Assembly: GCA_964436165.1 (NCBI GenBank)
Contig: CAYTBY010000004.1
Location: 1-58,796 of the forward strand
Length of the DNA stretch: 58,796 nt
Direction of reading: 5' to 3'
Source of the DNA: an uncultured Candidatus Saccharibacteria bacterium
GTDB taxonomy: Bacteria; Patescibacteriota; Minisyncoccia; 2-02-FULL-40-12; GWA2-44-9
Shown here: positions 58,686 through 58,796 of the stretch, in pieces
How the letters are laid out: the number at the start of each line of letters is the position of its first letter
Numbering within the stretch: the stretch's first letter is position 1
Program-made: the position numbers and the translations under genes
The notes under the pieces: generated by a model
What the model was told of the DNA's origin: nothing
The model's database searches: none
The model's input: the letters and a program-made list of their open reading frames with translations, nothing else

Positions 58686-58796
58686 CAAAAGTTTTAGAAA
58701 AATTTATAAAATTTTGAAGATTATCTAAATACTCAGGATTCTGAATGATCAATTTATAAATCTTTATCAGCATAGTTCTAATCCCTCCGGCCCTGC

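Overview
Low-GC bacterial chromosomal window. Gene content and style suggest Patescibacteria/Parcubacteria (CPR); this is an inference. Housekeeping genes: hrcA-grpE-dnaK with a CIRCE operator, a short dnaJ, cysS, dnaB, recR, rplU, an mpl-like ligase, a type IV pilus cluster, a copper/thiol-redox cluster (copA, copZ, cupredoxin, CcdA-like, thioredoxin), an NRAMP transporter, an isocitrate-lyase-like enzyme and tRNA-Glu(CTC). Accessory content: two MNT-HEPN and two AbiEii-type toxin-antitoxin pairs, one IS with an 8-bp target duplication, large surface proteins, a probable DGR target gene without its RT/TR, and a 702-bp tandem duplication. The most unusual signals are four. (1) Several families of 24-63 nt hairpin elements are inserted in frame in conserved proteins (DnaK, DnaJ, DnaB, CysRS, L21, CopA, a pilin), some nested, with filled and empty sites visible in paralogues. 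(2) A tRNA-Glu locus is broken by four hairpin insertions, one carrying a GIY-YIG nuclease and one carrying an intact tRNA-Glu. (3) A ~550-nt structured candidate ncRNA has its own consensus promoter. (4) An 18-bp palindrome (GTTATGATATATCATAAC) occurs 11 times, punctuates arrays of variable surface genes and bounds the tandem duplication. All calls are by eye; no searches were run.
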